From the NCBI RefSeq assembly GCF_056746865.1, contig NZ_CM163382.1: 64,000 nucleotides of DNA; one strand, 5' to 3'. The notes beneath the pieces are model-generated. The model was given only the letters and a program-made list of their open reading frames with translations, did no database searches and had not been told where the DNA came from. Shown here piece by piece: positions 40,892 to 52,817 of this stretch; position 1 is the stretch's first letter; each line of letters begins with the position of its first letter. The translations under genes and the position numbers were made by a program.

Positions 40892-43291
40892 TCAGATTTT
40901 CAGCGGTAACACGCTGCTAATCCAGCCAGGAATTTCTTCGGCGGGTAGGGGGCGGGAAAAGAAATATCCCTGAATAACGCGACAGTGAATCTTGCGTAGC
41001 ATCTCAAATTGTTCTTTGGTTTCGACGCCTTCTGCCACGACGGTTAAATTGAGGCTTTGCCCAATGCTGGTAATGGCTTCAAGTAAGGCTCGGATGCGTT
41101 TTTCGGTCAGACAACGATCGACAAAGCTTTTGTCAATTTTGATTTCCGTTACCGGAAGACTGACTAAGCGGGATAAACCAGAAAAACCCGTGCCGAAATC
41201 ATCGACAGATAAACCTACGCCCATATCGCGCAGGATCTGAATGCGCTTAAAGATTTCGGTATCGTGTTCCATCATCATGCTTTCCGTGATTTCCACCGTC
41301 AGCTGGTGGCCGTCAATACCCCAGGCTTGCATTGCATCAGACACCTGATTAGGCAGCTGATTACTGCGAAAGTGCAACGCCGACAAGTTAACGGATAACG
41401 CCGGGATATGAATATTCTGGCTACGCCATTCTGCTAACTGACGACAAGCTTCCGCGATGACCCAGCGTCCAATATTTTCGATTTCACCGATCTCTTCTGC
41501 GAGAGGAATAAACCGTGAAGGGGGCACATGACCATGCAGGGGATCGTGCCAGCGAGCAAGGGCTTCGATGCCGTAGAGCTCACCCGTTTCTGCGAAGATT
41601 TGCGGCTGGTAAACCAGTTTTAGTTGGTTATTGCTAATCGCTTCTTTCAGCGCCGCGCCTAAAACCAAACGCTCTTTTACCATTTCGTTCATCGCCGGGC
41701 TGAAGAACTGCCAGCCGTTACCGCCATTCTTGCGAATATAATCCATTGCATTGTGAGCAGTGGAGAGCAGGTAATCGCGGTTTTTACCCACGTCGTAGCT
41801 GATGCCAATGCTCAAGGTGAGCGGGAATGGTTTATCGTCAATCATTATCGGCTTGCTGACCACATTCCGTAGCTCATCGGCGATTTGGGTTATGTTACTG
41901 ACGTCGTTTTCCAGGCTCACGAGGACAAACTGCGTACCTTCGATACGACAGAGATACTGATCCGGTTTGAGTTTTTCACGAAAGCGATTGACCACTTCCA
42001 GCAATGCCTGATCGGCCCACGCATAGCCAAGGCTATCAATCACATCCTGAATATGGTCAACACCGATGAGATACACCACCGGAGAGACGGCTTTGTCGAC
42101 CAGGTCATCGAGGTAATTGTGCAGGTTATTGCGATTTGGCAGACCGGTCATCGGATCAAATTGGATGAGTTGTTCAATATGCTGACGGCTTTTTTCCTGT
42201 TCCAGCGCCAGCGCGGCCATATGCTGGCTGATATCTGCCACGCGTTCGATAAAGGCGCTGGTTTCTGCTCCTGACGAGGTTTTAATTTGCAGGATCCCCG
42301 CAGGCGCACCATCACGCTGACGAATGGTCGCTGACCAGCTTTGCGCATTTTGAACTTCTGCACCGTGCGAAGATGACGCCCAGTGTAGCGGCATCCCGTT
42401 GCGCAGCGCGAACAGCGAAACATGCGATTCGTTGAGTACAGATTCGATGTTACGACAAATAATTTCCCCCATTTCATGAAATGGCGGGCTGCTGCACATG
42501 GCGGCGAGAATATTGCCTTCAAGCTGGCGGATTTGCCGTTCTTCGGTGATATCCGAGAAAGTCATTACCAGGTTCTGCAGATGCGCGAGCACATCATAGA
42601 CCGGGCTGATAGAGGCTTTAATCCAGATTTTTTCACCGGTGCGCGTCAACAGCAGAAATTCGTCCTGATCGCGGGCGGTTTTCCATAGCAACTGTTGTAA
42701 ACGAATGCGGTTATCAGCAGGGAATTCTGGAATGTTCAGGAGTGTATCGGGCTGCATACCGCTGGCTTCGCTAATGCAGTAACCAAACATTTCGGTAAAT
42801 GCACGATTGCACTGCACAATATGGCGTTCCGGATCGAGGACAATCACTGGTCGGTCGAGATGGTCAACGGCAATAATCAATTGTCGGGTCTGTTCTTTTT
42901 GCGCCATTTCTACGCTGGCATCCCGTACCAGCGCCAGGTAATAAACTTTCCCCTCGGCGCTCACTTTCGATAGCGCAAAACGGGTCCAGATTTTACTGCC
43001 GTCTTTTTTCTCCAGCTGCAGCTCCCGACTCATCCCCTCGACGCGCGCTTTACCGCCTTCACGGTTGTGACGGATGTATTCAGGATGCGCGGGACGCAAA
43101 TCCCGCGGAATCAGCATATCAATGTTATTGCCAATAACTTCTTCACGTTTGTACCCCCAGAGCTTCTCTGCGGCGGGGTTGAAAAACATCACTTCATCAT
43201 TTTCGTTAATTAACACCGCGCCCATCATATTTTGCTCAAGGGCGGGGAAAAAAATGCCATCGGCGGCATTATCCGCATCGGTTAGCTTCAT
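40892..43291 (-). CDS. dosP: Heme/oxygen-sensing c-di-GMP phosphodiesterase (PAS-PAS-GGDEF-EAL)
   Basis: Translation from MKLTDADNAADGIFFPALEQN... gives 799 aa; EAL domain motifs (EAL-R, DDFGTG) at C-terminus. Confidence 0.9.
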   Translation of the reverse strand: MKLTDADNAADGIFFPALEQNMMGAVLINENDEVMFFNPAAEKLWGYKREEVIGNNIDMLIPRDLRPAHPEYIRHNREGGKARVEGMSRELQLEKKDGSKIWTRFALSKVSAEGKVYYLALVRDASVEMAQKEQTRQLIIAVDHLDRPVIVLDPERHIVQCNRAFTEMFGYCISEASGMQPDTLLNIPEFPADNRIRLQQLLWKTARDQDEFLLLTRTGEKIWIKASISPVYDVLAHLQNLVMTFSDITEERQIRQLEGNILAAMCSSPPFHEMGEIICRNIESVLNESHVSLFALRNGMPLHWASSSHGAEVQNAQSWSATIRQRDGAPAGILQIKTSSGAETSAFIERVADISQHMAALALEQEKSRQHIEQLIQFDPMTGLPNRNNLHNYLDDLVDKAVSPVVYLIGVDHIQDVIDSLGYAWADQALLEVVNRFREKLKPDQYLCRIEGTQFVLVSLENDVSNITQIADELRNVVSKPIMIDDKPFPLTLSIGISYDVGKNRDYLLSTAHNAMDYIRKNGGNGWQFFSPAMNEMVKERLVLGAALKEAISNNQLKLVYQPQIFAETGELYGIEALARWHDPLHGHVPPSRFIPLAEEIGEIENIGRWVIAEACRQLAEWRSQNIHIPALSVNLSALHFRSNQLPNQVSDAMQAWGIDGHQLTVEITESMMMEHDTEIFKRIQILRDMGVGLSVDDFGTGFSGLSRLVSLPVTEIKIDKSFVDRCLTEKRIRALLEAITSIGQSLNLTVVAEGVETKEQFEMLRKIHCRVIQGYFFSRPLPAEEIPGWISSVLPLKI

Positions 43292-43315
43292 GATTACCTC
43301 TGCATCCTGGCGCAT

Positions 43316-44698
43316 CTAAAGACTGGCTTTCCAGAGTTCAACACGGTTTCTACCTCGTCTTTTGGCGATATACAGAGCTTCATCGGCTATTTGAATGAGG
43401 CGCTCATAGTCAGGATGACCATTAAACATGGCGGCACCGATGGAAAGTGAGAGGGCAATATCTTCGCCGTTTGCGGCTTTCAGTTTGGTTTTCTCCACCC
43501 GACTGCGAATACGTTCTGCGGTACGTAACGTTTCGTTTTCCGAAGCTTCAGTCAAAACAATGATAAATTCATCGCCCCCGTAGCGGAAAACATAATCACT
43601 ACTGCGGACGTTGTCATAAAAGGCCTGAGAGATTTTACGCAGAATTTCATCGCCAGTGTTATGACCCCACGTATCGTTAATCTCTTTGAATTTATCAACG
43701 TCAATAATCAGCACTGACAGCGGTGTACCGGTCCGGTTGGCATGGGCAATTTCGCGTTTGAAGATCGTCGGCAGGAAACGGCGGTTAAGTAATTTCGTCA
43801 GTACATCCATACCGACTTCGTGGCGCGATACTTCTTCAAACAATTCACGCAGCAAGGTAATAATTTGCGATACGGTATTTCTTATCTGTAATAAAAATTT
43901 TACCCGTAAACTTCTGTTATTCAAATTCCTGGTGTTACGCATGGTTTGATTGAAAATACCGTCGAAATCCTGAATCAGACGGGAGATATGGCCCACTTCG
44001 GCTATGCCGCTAAAATAATGTCGACCTTTATGGTTAAACCACAGGCCAAAATCAGCCTGGCTTAAAGGCAAACTACTGCCTAAATCAGAATCCAGCAGGA
44101 CTTTATAGATAATATCTATTTCCCATGAAAGTAATGAGGCTATTTGCCGCTCTTTTTCTTCTTCGGCATTTTCCAGTAACGAGAAGATACGATAGTTTTC
44201 ATCTTCCTTTGAGGCACTACTGTCACTAAAGGTAAACGCGCGGGTCATCACTTCCATAGCGATATCAATACTGTTAATAGAGAAATGGTAGACCTGAAGT
44301 TTTTCTGCGGCGGAATAATCCGAAGAGAAGATGACTGGATAGAGGATTTTTTTCAGCACCCGAAACCCCATCTCGACAATTTCTACCGGAATTCCTATGC
44401 GGGCATGCACTTCCGCGACGGTATGCTGGATTTGTATTAGCCTTTCGACATCGTCAACCTGGGCAGAAAGCACGTTAATAATCCAGCGTTCCATCGCACT
44501 TTTCAACTGCCGCTCAACTTGTTCATTACTCAAGAATTCTTCGGCATGCGGGTCGATACGGACAATTCGGTAAAACTCAATACTCAGATAATGGGCATGC
44601 GCAACGGCAATTTCCGCGGCTTTAGCACGAATGAGCGGATCTGCTTGTTCGACAAGCCCGGTCCACTCATCTTTCATTCTTTTAAAATACATCTCCAT
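43316..44698 (-). CDS. dosC: Globin-coupled diguanylate cyclase
   Basis: 460 aa; N-terminal sensor globin, C-terminal GGDEF (RYGGDEF). Confidence 0.9.
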   Translation of the reverse strand: MEMYFKRMKDEWTGLVEQADPLIRAKAAEIAVAHAHYLSIEFYRIVRIDPHAEEFLSNEQVERQLKSAMERWIINVLSAQVDDVERLIQIQHTVAEVHARIGIPVEIVEMGFRVLKKILYPVIFSSDYSAAEKLQVYHFSINSIDIAMEVMTRAFTFSDSSASKEDENYRIFSLLENAEEEKERQIASLLSWEIDIIYKVLLDSDLGSSLPLSQADFGLWFNHKGRHYFSGIAEVGHISRLIQDFDGIFNQTMRNTRNLNNRSLRVKFLLQIRNTVSQIITLLRELFEEVSRHEVGMDVLTKLLNRRFLPTIFKREIAHANRTGTPLSVLIIDVDKFKEINDTWGHNTGDEILRKISQAFYDNVRSSDYVFRYGGDEFIIVLTEASENETLRTAERIRSRVEKTKLKAANGEDIALSLSIGAAMFNGHPDYERLIQIADEALYIAKRRGRNRVELWKASL

Positions 44699-45073
44699 AA
44701 TTCACACCCTTATAAGGCTGGGAAAGCAGACGGAATCAAAACGAAACGCAACGTGCGAGGTCGACTAACTGCACCATATTCTCCTGAAATATGAAGATAT
44801 ACTGAAAACAAATAAGCGACTTAGGACAGTTTCAATCTACGCTACTGTTCTTCAGAAGAGTATAGCCCATCGTAATTATTTTTCGGTGACAGCGAATATC
44901 GTATGTTTTTTCATATTCATACATTTTTACTAGGGGATTTATGACTGTTTAACTAAGTGTGGTTAATTGCGTAGTTAATTTGACTTAAGTAAGCATGATT
45001 ACTAGTGGGATATTTCAAGAGGGTAACAAGCCGGGGGGAAAGCACCGGCTTGTTACAAAGTAAGAATGGGAGT

Positions 45074-46393
45074 TTAACTGCCCCAACGACTTTGCAGATA
45101 GCTGACCGCTTGTTGAGTCTGTGGCTTATTCAGATAGTCCTCACGGAACAAGATTGTGCCGCTAATTTCTGGCACGGCATCGTTAAGATCGAGCTGCTTT
45201 TTCAGTTCCGGCACGCCGCCGTTAATCATCCAGTCTGGCTCTATCTTTGAAGGTTCACCCACTTTATAGAAGGCGATACCGATATACAGGCGGGTCCTGG
45301 TCGGTTTAACGACATCCGCCCACCATTTTGCCAAAACGTCATAACGTGCGGCACTCCGTGAGAACGGCCAGTAAATTTGGGGAGCAATGTAATCCAGCAA
45401 TCCTTGTTCCACCCATCGACGGGTGTCAGCGTAGGATTCGTCATAGGCTGCCGCGCCTCGGGTATCGGAACCGAGCGGATCGTGTGATCGGTTACGCCAC
45501 ACGCCTGCCGGGCTAACGCCAAATTCGACTTCCGGCTTAATGCTTTTAATGGTGTGCGATACCTTCGCAATTAACTGCTGAGTATTGTTGCGCCGCCAGT
45601 CTGCTTTTGACGCAAATGCGCCTCCGTATTTGCGGTACGTTTCGTTATCATTTAGCCGTGAACCCGGTGACTCAGTATAGAAATAGTCGTCAAACTGCAC
45701 GCCATCTACCGGATAGCGGGAAACCACTTCCGCGACTATTGATGTGATCCAGTCCTGAACTTCAGGGATGCCCGGGTCGAGGACAAAGCGATCGCCGGAC
45801 GTTCTGATCCAGTCGCGGTGTTGCACATAGACGCTCGCTGGTTGTTGAGCCAGAGTGCTATTCAGTTCCCTGATAGTACCGGGCTTCGTATTAACCGATA
45901 CGCGATAGGGGTTAAACCATGCGTGTACTTTCATCCCACGCTTGTGGGCTTCGTCGAGCATGAATTGCAGCGGATCGTAACCCGGATTTTCACCAATCTT
46001 ACCGGTCATAAGATCGGACCACGGCAAAATTTTCGATGGCCACAGGGCGGTACCGTCTGGCTTGACCTGGAAAAAGACCGTGTTTATGCCGAGACGTTGC
46101 AGATGATCCAGTTTGTCGATCATCGCCTGTTGTTGTACACGGGCCCGGCTGGTGGTGTTACTAATGTTAACCGAGGAAACCGGTGGCCAGTCGAGGCGAG
46201 ACACCGTGGCCAGCCAGATGCCACGCATCGGTTGTGACGATTGTTGCGTCGTGGCTGGTGGCTTTGAACCCGCTGGTGGTGTCACCATGGACTCTGGAGG
46301 CGTGCTTTTACAACTACACAGTAAAAGTGCCAGTGCAACCAGTATCGCTGGTCTTCTAATCGCTAATTTCTCGTTTCGGGAGCAGATATCCAT
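45074..46393 (-). CDS. yddW: Lipoprotein YddW (glycoside hydrolase-like family 10 / DUF187)
   Basis: 439 aa; lipobox LLLCSC near N-terminus; length and sequence match YddW. Confidence 0.8.
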   Translation of the reverse strand: MDICSRNEKLAIRRPAILVALALLLCSCKSTPPESMVTPPAGSKPPATTQQSSQPMRGIWLATVSRLDWPPVSSVNISNTTSRARVQQQAMIDKLDHLQRLGINTVFFQVKPDGTALWPSKILPWSDLMTGKIGENPGYDPLQFMLDEAHKRGMKVHAWFNPYRVSVNTKPGTIRELNSTLAQQPASVYVQHRDWIRTSGDRFVLDPGIPEVQDWITSIVAEVVSRYPVDGVQFDDYFYTESPGSRLNDNETYRKYGGAFASKADWRRNNTQQLIAKVSHTIKSIKPEVEFGVSPAGVWRNRSHDPLGSDTRGAAAYDESYADTRRWVEQGLLDYIAPQIYWPFSRSAARYDVLAKWWADVVKPTRTRLYIGIAFYKVGEPSKIEPDWMINGGVPELKKQLDLNDAVPEISGTILFREDYLNKPQTQQAVSYLQSRWGS

Positions 46394-46523
46394 ATGTGCT
46401 GGTTTCCGGTAAACAGATGTGCGCTCATTCTCGTACTTATCCCGGTTAAGTCAATACGACAGCAAGCACGAAAAAGGGAGCGATGAATTATCGCTCCCTT
46501 ATCTTATAACCATTCAGACATGG

Positions 46524-48059
46524 TTAGTGTTTCTTGTCATTCATCACAATATAGTGTGGTGAACGTGCACGCGGGTGCAGGAAGAAGTGACCTTTTGGTG
46601 CGTTCTTACTGTTGATTGGCTCCAGAGTGACGCCAGTATTCGCTTTGCCTTTACGATCATGAACAGCATAGAGAATAAAGGGCAGGGCAAGTACCACCAG
46701 GAAACTAACGACCAGTAATTCAACATACATATCGGTAGAGTCACCCTGGATGTTATCCGGCGGCAGGAAGGAAACAATAAACGCCATAATTGAAGTCAGC
46801 AGACCGACAACAGCCACGACCAGTTTCACCCCTTTACCACCAGGGATATTAAATGTGCGTTTTAAGTCAGGATGTTTAAGAACCAACACAATGTAGCCAA
46901 TAAACAGCATGAAATAAGCACACAGATAAATCACCACCGTCAGCGCCAGTGCGATCAGGAAGGACATGTTGTTACCGCCACCGGTATTGGTGAGGATGAT
47001 CAACGCGATAGAAGTAATCACCAGCTGCGAAATGACCAGCGTTACCGGTACGCCATTTTTGTTCATTTTAGCGAATGCCGCTGGCAGCAGGTTTTTCTGC
47101 GCTGTGACATACATCCCGCGAGAAGGACCAACAATCCAGGAGGCGATTTCCGCCAGAACACCCAGCAACAGCAGTGCGGAGATCACGCGAACCGTCCACT
47201 CAATTTCCGGTGCCACATGGGACATCAGAACGGTAAAGGTTTGCATTACACCTGCGGAGAGGTTGATTTCATTACCCGGAATGACCATCGCAATAGACAA
47301 ACCGCCAACAGAGCTTAAGCAGATTGCCGCCACCATCAGCAGTAACATAGCCAGTGGATAGTCGCGCCCTGGATTGCTCATTTCATTGACGTGGGTTGCG
47401 GAAGCTTCAACGCCCATATAACTCAAAATGAAGGCAACAAATACAACCAGGGTGCCCACTTTAGAGAAGTCAGGGAAGAAGGTCTTCGCATCCATTTCGA
47501 TAGCAACGGGGGCACCGGAGTGCAGATAAATAGCCGCTAATGCGATCAAAATAAATGCAGGTAACAGGATACCGGCGAAGAAGCCAACTTTAGCAATTCG
47601 CGCCGTGTATTTCGTGCCACCAAACTGCGTTAATGCCAGCGCCCAAAGAATGATGAGTGCTGCAATAGTTTTGGTAATAGGGTCTTCATTCAGCGCTGGC
47701 CATTTCAGGATGTAGGAGAGTGCCCCTAACACGAAATAGAGCATCGGAATAAAACCAATGGCGATTTGCAGATAGCCAAATGAGATCGCTGCAAATCCCC
47801 ACCTCGGCCCCAGAGTATTTGATACCCAGGCGAAGACACCACCTTCTTCCCAGCCGTCGACGGTGGCCATTTCCGCAGCACAAAGTCCCACGGGAATAAA
47901 CCATAAAATCCCGCCTAATAGCAGGAAGAAGACTAATGAAAAGCCCGATGTTGCGAAGGTAGGGTATTCATAAACAGCCATTACCATCGATGCCGTTATG
48001 GCAAAGAATCCGAGTAATGTGAGCTGCTTAGCTTTACCTGTCTGTACTGATGTAGCCAT
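46524..48059 (-). CDS. gadC: Glutamate:GABA antiporter
   Basis: 511 aa APC-family transporter, [36 protein letters not shown]... Confidence 0.9.
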   Translation of the reverse strand: MATSVQTGKAKQLTLLGFFAITASMVMAVYEYPTFATSGFSLVFFLLLGGILWFIPVGLCAAEMATVDGWEEGGVFAWVSNTLGPRWGFAAISFGYLQIAIGFIPMLYFVLGALSYILKWPALNEDPITKTIAALIILWALALTQFGGTKYTARIAKVGFFAGILLPAFILIALAAIYLHSGAPVAIEMDAKTFFPDFSKVGTLVVFVAFILSYMGVEASATHVNEMSNPGRDYPLAMLLLMVAAICLSSVGGLSIAMVIPGNEINLSAGVMQTFTVLMSHVAPEIEWTVRVISALLLLGVLAEIASWIVGPSRGMYVTAQKNLLPAAFAKMNKNGVPVTLVISQLVITSIALIILTNTGGGNNMSFLIALALTVVIYLCAYFMLFIGYIVLVLKHPDLKRTFNIPGGKGVKLVVAVVGLLTSIMAFIVSFLPPDNIQGDSTDMYVELLVVSFLVVLALPFILYAVHDRKGKANTGVTLEPINSKNAPKGHFFLHPRARSPHYIVMNDKKH

Positions 48060-48214
48060 ATTATCCCCCTAAAACGGTATTCCTGTCGGAACCGCACCTG
48101 TTTTGTTCTGAAGCGTATTCAGAACAATATTTTCCGTTGCTAATGCCAGTGAACAGACTTTGGAAATTGTCCCGAAACGGGTTCGTTTCGGGACACCGTT
48201 ACCGTTAAACGTTA

Positions 48215-49615
48215 TCAGGTATGTTTAAAGCTGTTCTGCTGGGCAATACCCTGCAGTTTCGGGTGATCGCTGAGATATTTCAGGGAGGCTTTGTAGTCTT
48301 CCAGCAACAGTTCAGCAAAGTCCATTTCGAAGCCGCGACGACACATAATGCGCATCACCACGATGTCGGTGGCTTCACCGCCGAGAGTGAAGGCCGGAAC
48401 CTGCCAGCCGCGCAGACGCAGACGTTCAGAGAGGTCGTACAGGGTGTATCCCGGATCTTCACCCTCTTTCAGTTTGAAGCAAACCGCCGGGATGCCTTCG
48501 TCCGGGCGACCGGTACAGATGAACTCATACGGCCCCAGTTTGGCGATTTCATCCGCCAGATAAGCGGCAACCTGGTAAGAGGCGTTCTGTACTTTGGTAT
48601 AGCCTTCACGACCGAGGCGCAGGAATTCATAGTACTGTGCAATTACCTGACCCGCCGGGCGGGAGAAGTTGATGGCGAAAGTCCCAATCTGACCACCGAG
48701 GTAGTCAACGTTGAACACCAGTTCCTGCGGCAGCGCTTCTTCATCACGCCAGATAACCCAGCCGCAGCCCAGCGGAGCCAGACCGAATTTATGGCCTGAA
48801 GCACTGATCGATTTCACACGCGGCAGGCGGAAGTCCCAGACGATATCCGGGGCAACGAACGGTGCCAGGAAGCCACCGCTGGCAGCGTCGATGTGCATGT
48901 CGATGTCGATACCGGTGTCGGCCTGGAATTTATCCAGCGCATCGTGCAGCGGCTGCGGGAACTCATAGTTACCGGTGTAGGTCACGCCAAAAGTCGGCAC
49001 CACACCGATGGTGTTTTCGTCGCAGGCTTCAATCATGCGTTTCGGGTCCATAAACAACTGACCGGGGCGCATAGGGATCTCACGCAGCTCCACATCCCAG
49101 TAGCGGGCGAATTTATGCCAGCAGATTTGCACCGGACCGCACACCAGGTTTGGTTTATCCGTTGGTTTGCCTGCAGCTTCCATACGCTTGCGCCAACGCC
49201 ATTTCATCGCCATCCCGCCGAGCATACAGGCCTCGGAAGAACCAATGGTGTTGGTGCCAACGGCCTGACCATTTTTCGGCGCAGGCGCATGCCACAGATC
49301 GGCAACCATGTTTACGCAACGCAGGTCGATGGCTGCAGATTGCGGATATTCTTCTTTGTCGATCCAGTTTTTGTTAATGGATAAATCCATCAACTTATGG
49401 ACATTTTCGTCGTCCCAGGTCTGGCAGAAAGTGGCCAGGTTCTGACGAGCGTTGCCATCAAGATATAATTCGTCATTGATAATCTGGAATGCGACATCAT
49501 CGCGCATTTCGTGCAGCGGAAATCGTTTTGATTCTGCGATAGTGGAAATAGACTTCGCACCAAAACGTGAATCGAGTAGTTCCGACCTTAAATCCGTTAC
49601 TTGCTTCTTATCCAT
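48215..49615 (-). CDS. gadB: Glutamate decarboxylase beta (PLP-dependent)
   Basis: Translation from [23 protein letters not shown]... gives 466 aa; PLP lysine motif [10 protein letters not shown]. Confidence 0.9.
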   Translation of the reverse strand: MDKKQVTDLRSELLDSRFGAKSISTIAESKRFPLHEMRDDVAFQIINDELYLDGNARQNLATFCQTWDDENVHKLMDLSINKNWIDKEEYPQSAAIDLRCVNMVADLWHAPAPKNGQAVGTNTIGSSEACMLGGMAMKWRWRKRMEAAGKPTDKPNLVCGPVQICWHKFARYWDVELREIPMRPGQLFMDPKRMIEACDENTIGVVPTFGVTYTGNYEFPQPLHDALDKFQADTGIDIDMHIDAASGGFLAPFVAPDIVWDFRLPRVKSISASGHKFGLAPLGCGWVIWRDEEALPQELVFNVDYLGGQIGTFAINFSRPAGQVIAQYYEFLRLGREGYTKVQNASYQVAAYLADEIAKLGPYEFICTGRPDEGIPAVCFKLKEGEDPGYTLYDLSERLRLRGWQVPAFTLGGEATDIVVMRIMCRRGFEMDFAELLLEDYKASLKYLSDHPKLQGIAQQNSFKHT

Positions 49616-49694
49616 TTTAAACTCCTTAAAATGATTGGATCGCATTAAAAAAGTAGGATTTATCGATAAAGTAAGCAAGTGCAAAGGACTCGGG

Positions 49695-49714
49695 TTTAAA
49701 TAACAAAATCCTAA
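49695..49714 (-). promoter_or_regulatory. GAD box (GadE binding site) in gadB promoter
   Basis: Minus-strand sequence TTAGGATTTTGTTATTTAAA matches the 20-bp gad box consensus, about 80 nt upstream of the gadB start. Confidence 0.8.
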
Positions 49715-49977
49715 TGTTATTTATCGTGAAATATTACGAGAATAATGTTTTTTCATTAAAAAACAATGCAATAGAGAATTTTTTGGTGGTGGTAAAGTGT
49801 TTTATGTTGTTATTTTTATGCGCTTTCTACGCCTCCTGAATTATCACGTAAAAATCAGTCCTTAAAATATCACTATTAGTACTTGGTTATTATTTTGAAC
49901 GCATTTATAAAATTATTACATAAAAATAGCGAATATTGCTAAAATCCCCCGCCAACGAGGTGTTGACGGGGCTGTTA

Positions 49978-52773
49978 TTATTTTGGCAATAATACTCCGG
50001 TATAGGTATTCACCGGATGAGAAAGATATTGTTTAACGGCAGTGTTAACATTCTCTACCGTCATTTGTTTCAACAATTGCTCCTGCTCAGTCCATGCTGC
50101 AGGATCGTCATATTGAATAAGACTATTTACAATGGTGTTCGCTAATTGTTGAACGCTACGCTGTTGGATATCGAGGCTGCGCTGAACGTTTTGCTGGTAT
50201 TCGTTCAGTTCTTGCTCACTGATCCCTTTAGCCAGACGCTTAACCATCACTTCATTCGCTAACGTTAACAGTTCATCATGTCGTTCCGGTTGACAAGTAA
50301 AAGCCAGCAAATGACTGATATCTTTGGCCTGAGGATCAACCGAGAGGCGAGAAGAAACGCTGTATGCCCCAGAGGCCTGTTCACGAATATTAATGCGTAG
50401 ATCTTTTGCCAGTGCGACGTTAAAAGCATCGAGCGCCATACGCATCGCCAGATTAACCGGTGTCCGGGAATCATAACGCTTCCACTGTGAAACCTGTGCC
50501 ACAGGTTCATTTTGTTCTTTTACAGTAACCGATGCGTTGTCCGTCGCGCGAGTTAATGGTTTACCTGCGGCTAATGGCGAATCAGAGTGTTTGATTGATC
50601 CTAAGTAACGCGTAATTAACGCCACGAGTTTGTCTTCTGCGACATTACCGACAATGACAAACGTGATATCCGCTGGAGATGAAAACAACTTGCGATCGGC
50701 AGCCAGCGCATCTGCGGCAGTAAACTGTGCAATCTGATTTTCTTGCAGTAATTTCGTGCGGTCATCAGCATAGCGCGTCTCATACATCTGCTGGGCGAAT
50801 TTCTCCGCTGGACGCTGGTCGAGTGTTTTCAACGCCTGAATTTGAGCATTTTGTAGCGATGCCCAAATATTATCGTTAATCGTGCTGTGGGTGATTCGCT
50901 GGTTAATCAACTGAAAACCAGGTTCAGGGTTATTAGCCCGCGCGCTAACGGAGAGCAACGTATTCATGCCACTGACTTTACTGCTCATGGTTACCGAGTT
51001 TTCCGCACTCCAGCGTTTCAGGCTGGAAGAGGAGAGTTCACCAACGCCGCTTCCGCTTACTGCTTTATTTGCCAGCGCGATAAGTGATTTTTGCTGCGCA
51101 GGGAAACTTAAATCGCCTTTATTCGATACGGCAGTAATTTGTAGCTTTTGCTCTTCACCCGCGGATTTTGCCAGAATAACCCTGGCACCATTGGAAAGTG
51201 TTAATGATGTCAGATTCTCAGCCAGCGTTTCTTTGCTGCTAATTTCCGCCTGTGGGTCAGCGTCTACTGTTAACGATAAATTTCTGCCTGGGAAGATGTA
51301 AGCCGCCAGCTTTTTGTTGGCGTACTCTTTTTCCAGCGCCAGGATAGCCGCAGGAGACAATGCTTTTTTGGCAGCAACCTCATTGTTTACCATTTGCTCC
51401 CAAAATGCATCCTGGTTCTTTCTTAACTGCTGCCATTTTTCCGCCAGACTTTGCACGGTAATTTGCTGCCACAGACGTTTCGAAAGTTGATATGTCTCTT
51501 CCGGCGACAAGAACGGCGTATTATTTAATGAGCTGGATGCCAGGCGACTGGTCAGCATACGTAAATCACGTTCAGCTTGCTGATCAACCGCATTTTTCAG
51601 CCAGGTGAGGCGGGTAGATTTGACATCATCGAGTTCTTCAGCAGAAAAACCATGCTGATCAATAGTTGCCAACTCTGCCATTAATGCATTCGCAGCATCC
51701 TGCATATTATCGTCTCGTGCATTTACACGGAAAAACAGCGACTGATAATCGGGTGCAATTTTAACGCTGCGCGCAGTGCCGCCAGAAATAGTCTTCAACT
51801 CGCCCGACTGTATGCGTTCCTGCAGACGCTGATTGAACAGCTGAACCAACATGCTCCATTCAGCTTGTTCGATAAAGCTTTGCTCATCGCTCACTTGCAC
51901 CATTGGCAGGCGATAATAGAGTGCGATGCCGTTCACCCGGTTTTCTTTATCCTTAATGATATTAAAGCGCAGGTGGTTTTCGGCTTTTGTCGGCCAGACG
52001 CGATTTTCAGCTGCTTTGTTAGCCGGAAGCTTACTTAAATTGTCCTTTATCAGCGCCAGCGCTTCTTTACTGTCGATATCGCCGACCACGATAAAGGTCA
52101 TATTATTTGGTTGATACCAGCGTTGATAAAATTGGCGCAATTGTGCCGGTGTGACCGTAGCGACAGTATCCATCAGGCCGATAGGTTCACGGTCTAAATT
52201 ACGGGTATTAGCCAGCAGGAAAGGGCGGCGCGCCTGAGAGGTGCGCCATTTCGCATCCTGATGGGCACGCCATTCCTCAGTAATTACGCCACGTTCAGCG
52301 TCTACTTCGAGTTTTTCAAAGGTTGCGGCATTACTCCATTCACTGAAGATTGCCATCACTTGTTGCAGATTTTGTTTCTGCGTAGTCGGCAAACTCACCT
52401 GATACACCGTTTCGTCATAGCTGGTATAGGCATTAACATCGCGACCAAAACGCAGGCCCATTGACTCAAATGTTTCGATGACTTTATTACCCGGCCATGT
52501 TTTTGTGCCGTTAAACATCATATGTTCTACAAAATGAGCCACGCCGCGCTCATTGTCCTCTTCCTGCAATGAACCGGTATGAATTTGCAGCCATAAATTT
52601 ACCTGATCCTTTGGTTGAGCATGCGGATAAATCATATATCGCAAGCCATTGTCCAGTTGCCCGGTAATTAACTTTTCATCCTGCGGTAAGGCGGCGGCAA
52701 TCAGTCGCCCGGGGAGCAACAGAGTTGCCACTAACGTCAGTAAGAAACAGAGGTTTCTCATAATTATCTCCAT
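49978..52773 (-). CDS. pqqL: Periplasmic M16-family zinc peptidase PqqL
   Basis: About 931 aa from MEIIMRNL...; inverted zinc-binding motif HFVEHMMF (HxxEH) near N-terminus; signal peptide. Confidence 0.85.
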   Translation of the reverse strand: MEIIMRNLCFLLTLVATLLLPGRLIAAALPQDEKLITGQLDNGLRYMIYPHAQPKDQVNLWLQIHTGSLQEEDNERGVAHFVEHMMFNGTKTWPGNKVIETFESMGLRFGRDVNAYTSYDETVYQVSLPTTQKQNLQQVMAIFSEWSNAATFEKLEVDAERGVITEEWRAHQDAKWRTSQARRPFLLANTRNLDREPIGLMDTVATVTPAQLRQFYQRWYQPNNMTFIVVGDIDSKEALALIKDNLSKLPANKAAENRVWPTKAENHLRFNIIKDKENRVNGIALYYRLPMVQVSDEQSFIEQAEWSMLVQLFNQRLQERIQSGELKTISGGTARSVKIAPDYQSLFFRVNARDDNMQDAANALMAELATIDQHGFSAEELDDVKSTRLTWLKNAVDQQAERDLRMLTSRLASSSLNNTPFLSPEETYQLSKRLWQQITVQSLAEKWQQLRKNQDAFWEQMVNNEVAAKKALSPAAILALEKEYANKKLAAYIFPGRNLSLTVDADPQAEISSKETLAENLTSLTLSNGARVILAKSAGEEQKLQITAVSNKGDLSFPAQQKSLIALANKAVSGSGVGELSSSSLKRWSAENSVTMSSKVSGMNTLLSVSARANNPEPGFQLINQRITHSTINDNIWASLQNAQIQALKTLDQRPAEKFAQQMYETRYADDRTKLLQENQIAQFTAADALAADRKLFSSPADITFVIVGNVAEDKLVALITRYLGSIKHSDSPLAAGKPLTRATDNASVTVKEQNEPVAQVSQWKRYDSRTPVNLAMRMALDAFNVALAKDLRINIREQASGAYSVSSRLSVDPQAKDISHLLAFTCQPERHDELLTLANEVMVKRLAKGISEQELNEYQQNVQRSLDIQQRSVQQLANTIVNSLIQYDDPAAWTEQEQLLKQMTVENVNTAVKQYLSHPVNTYTGVLLPK

Positions 52774-52817
52774 GCGAAAACCGGGCAAATTTACCCGGTT
52801 AAGTAAAATCCGAACTA

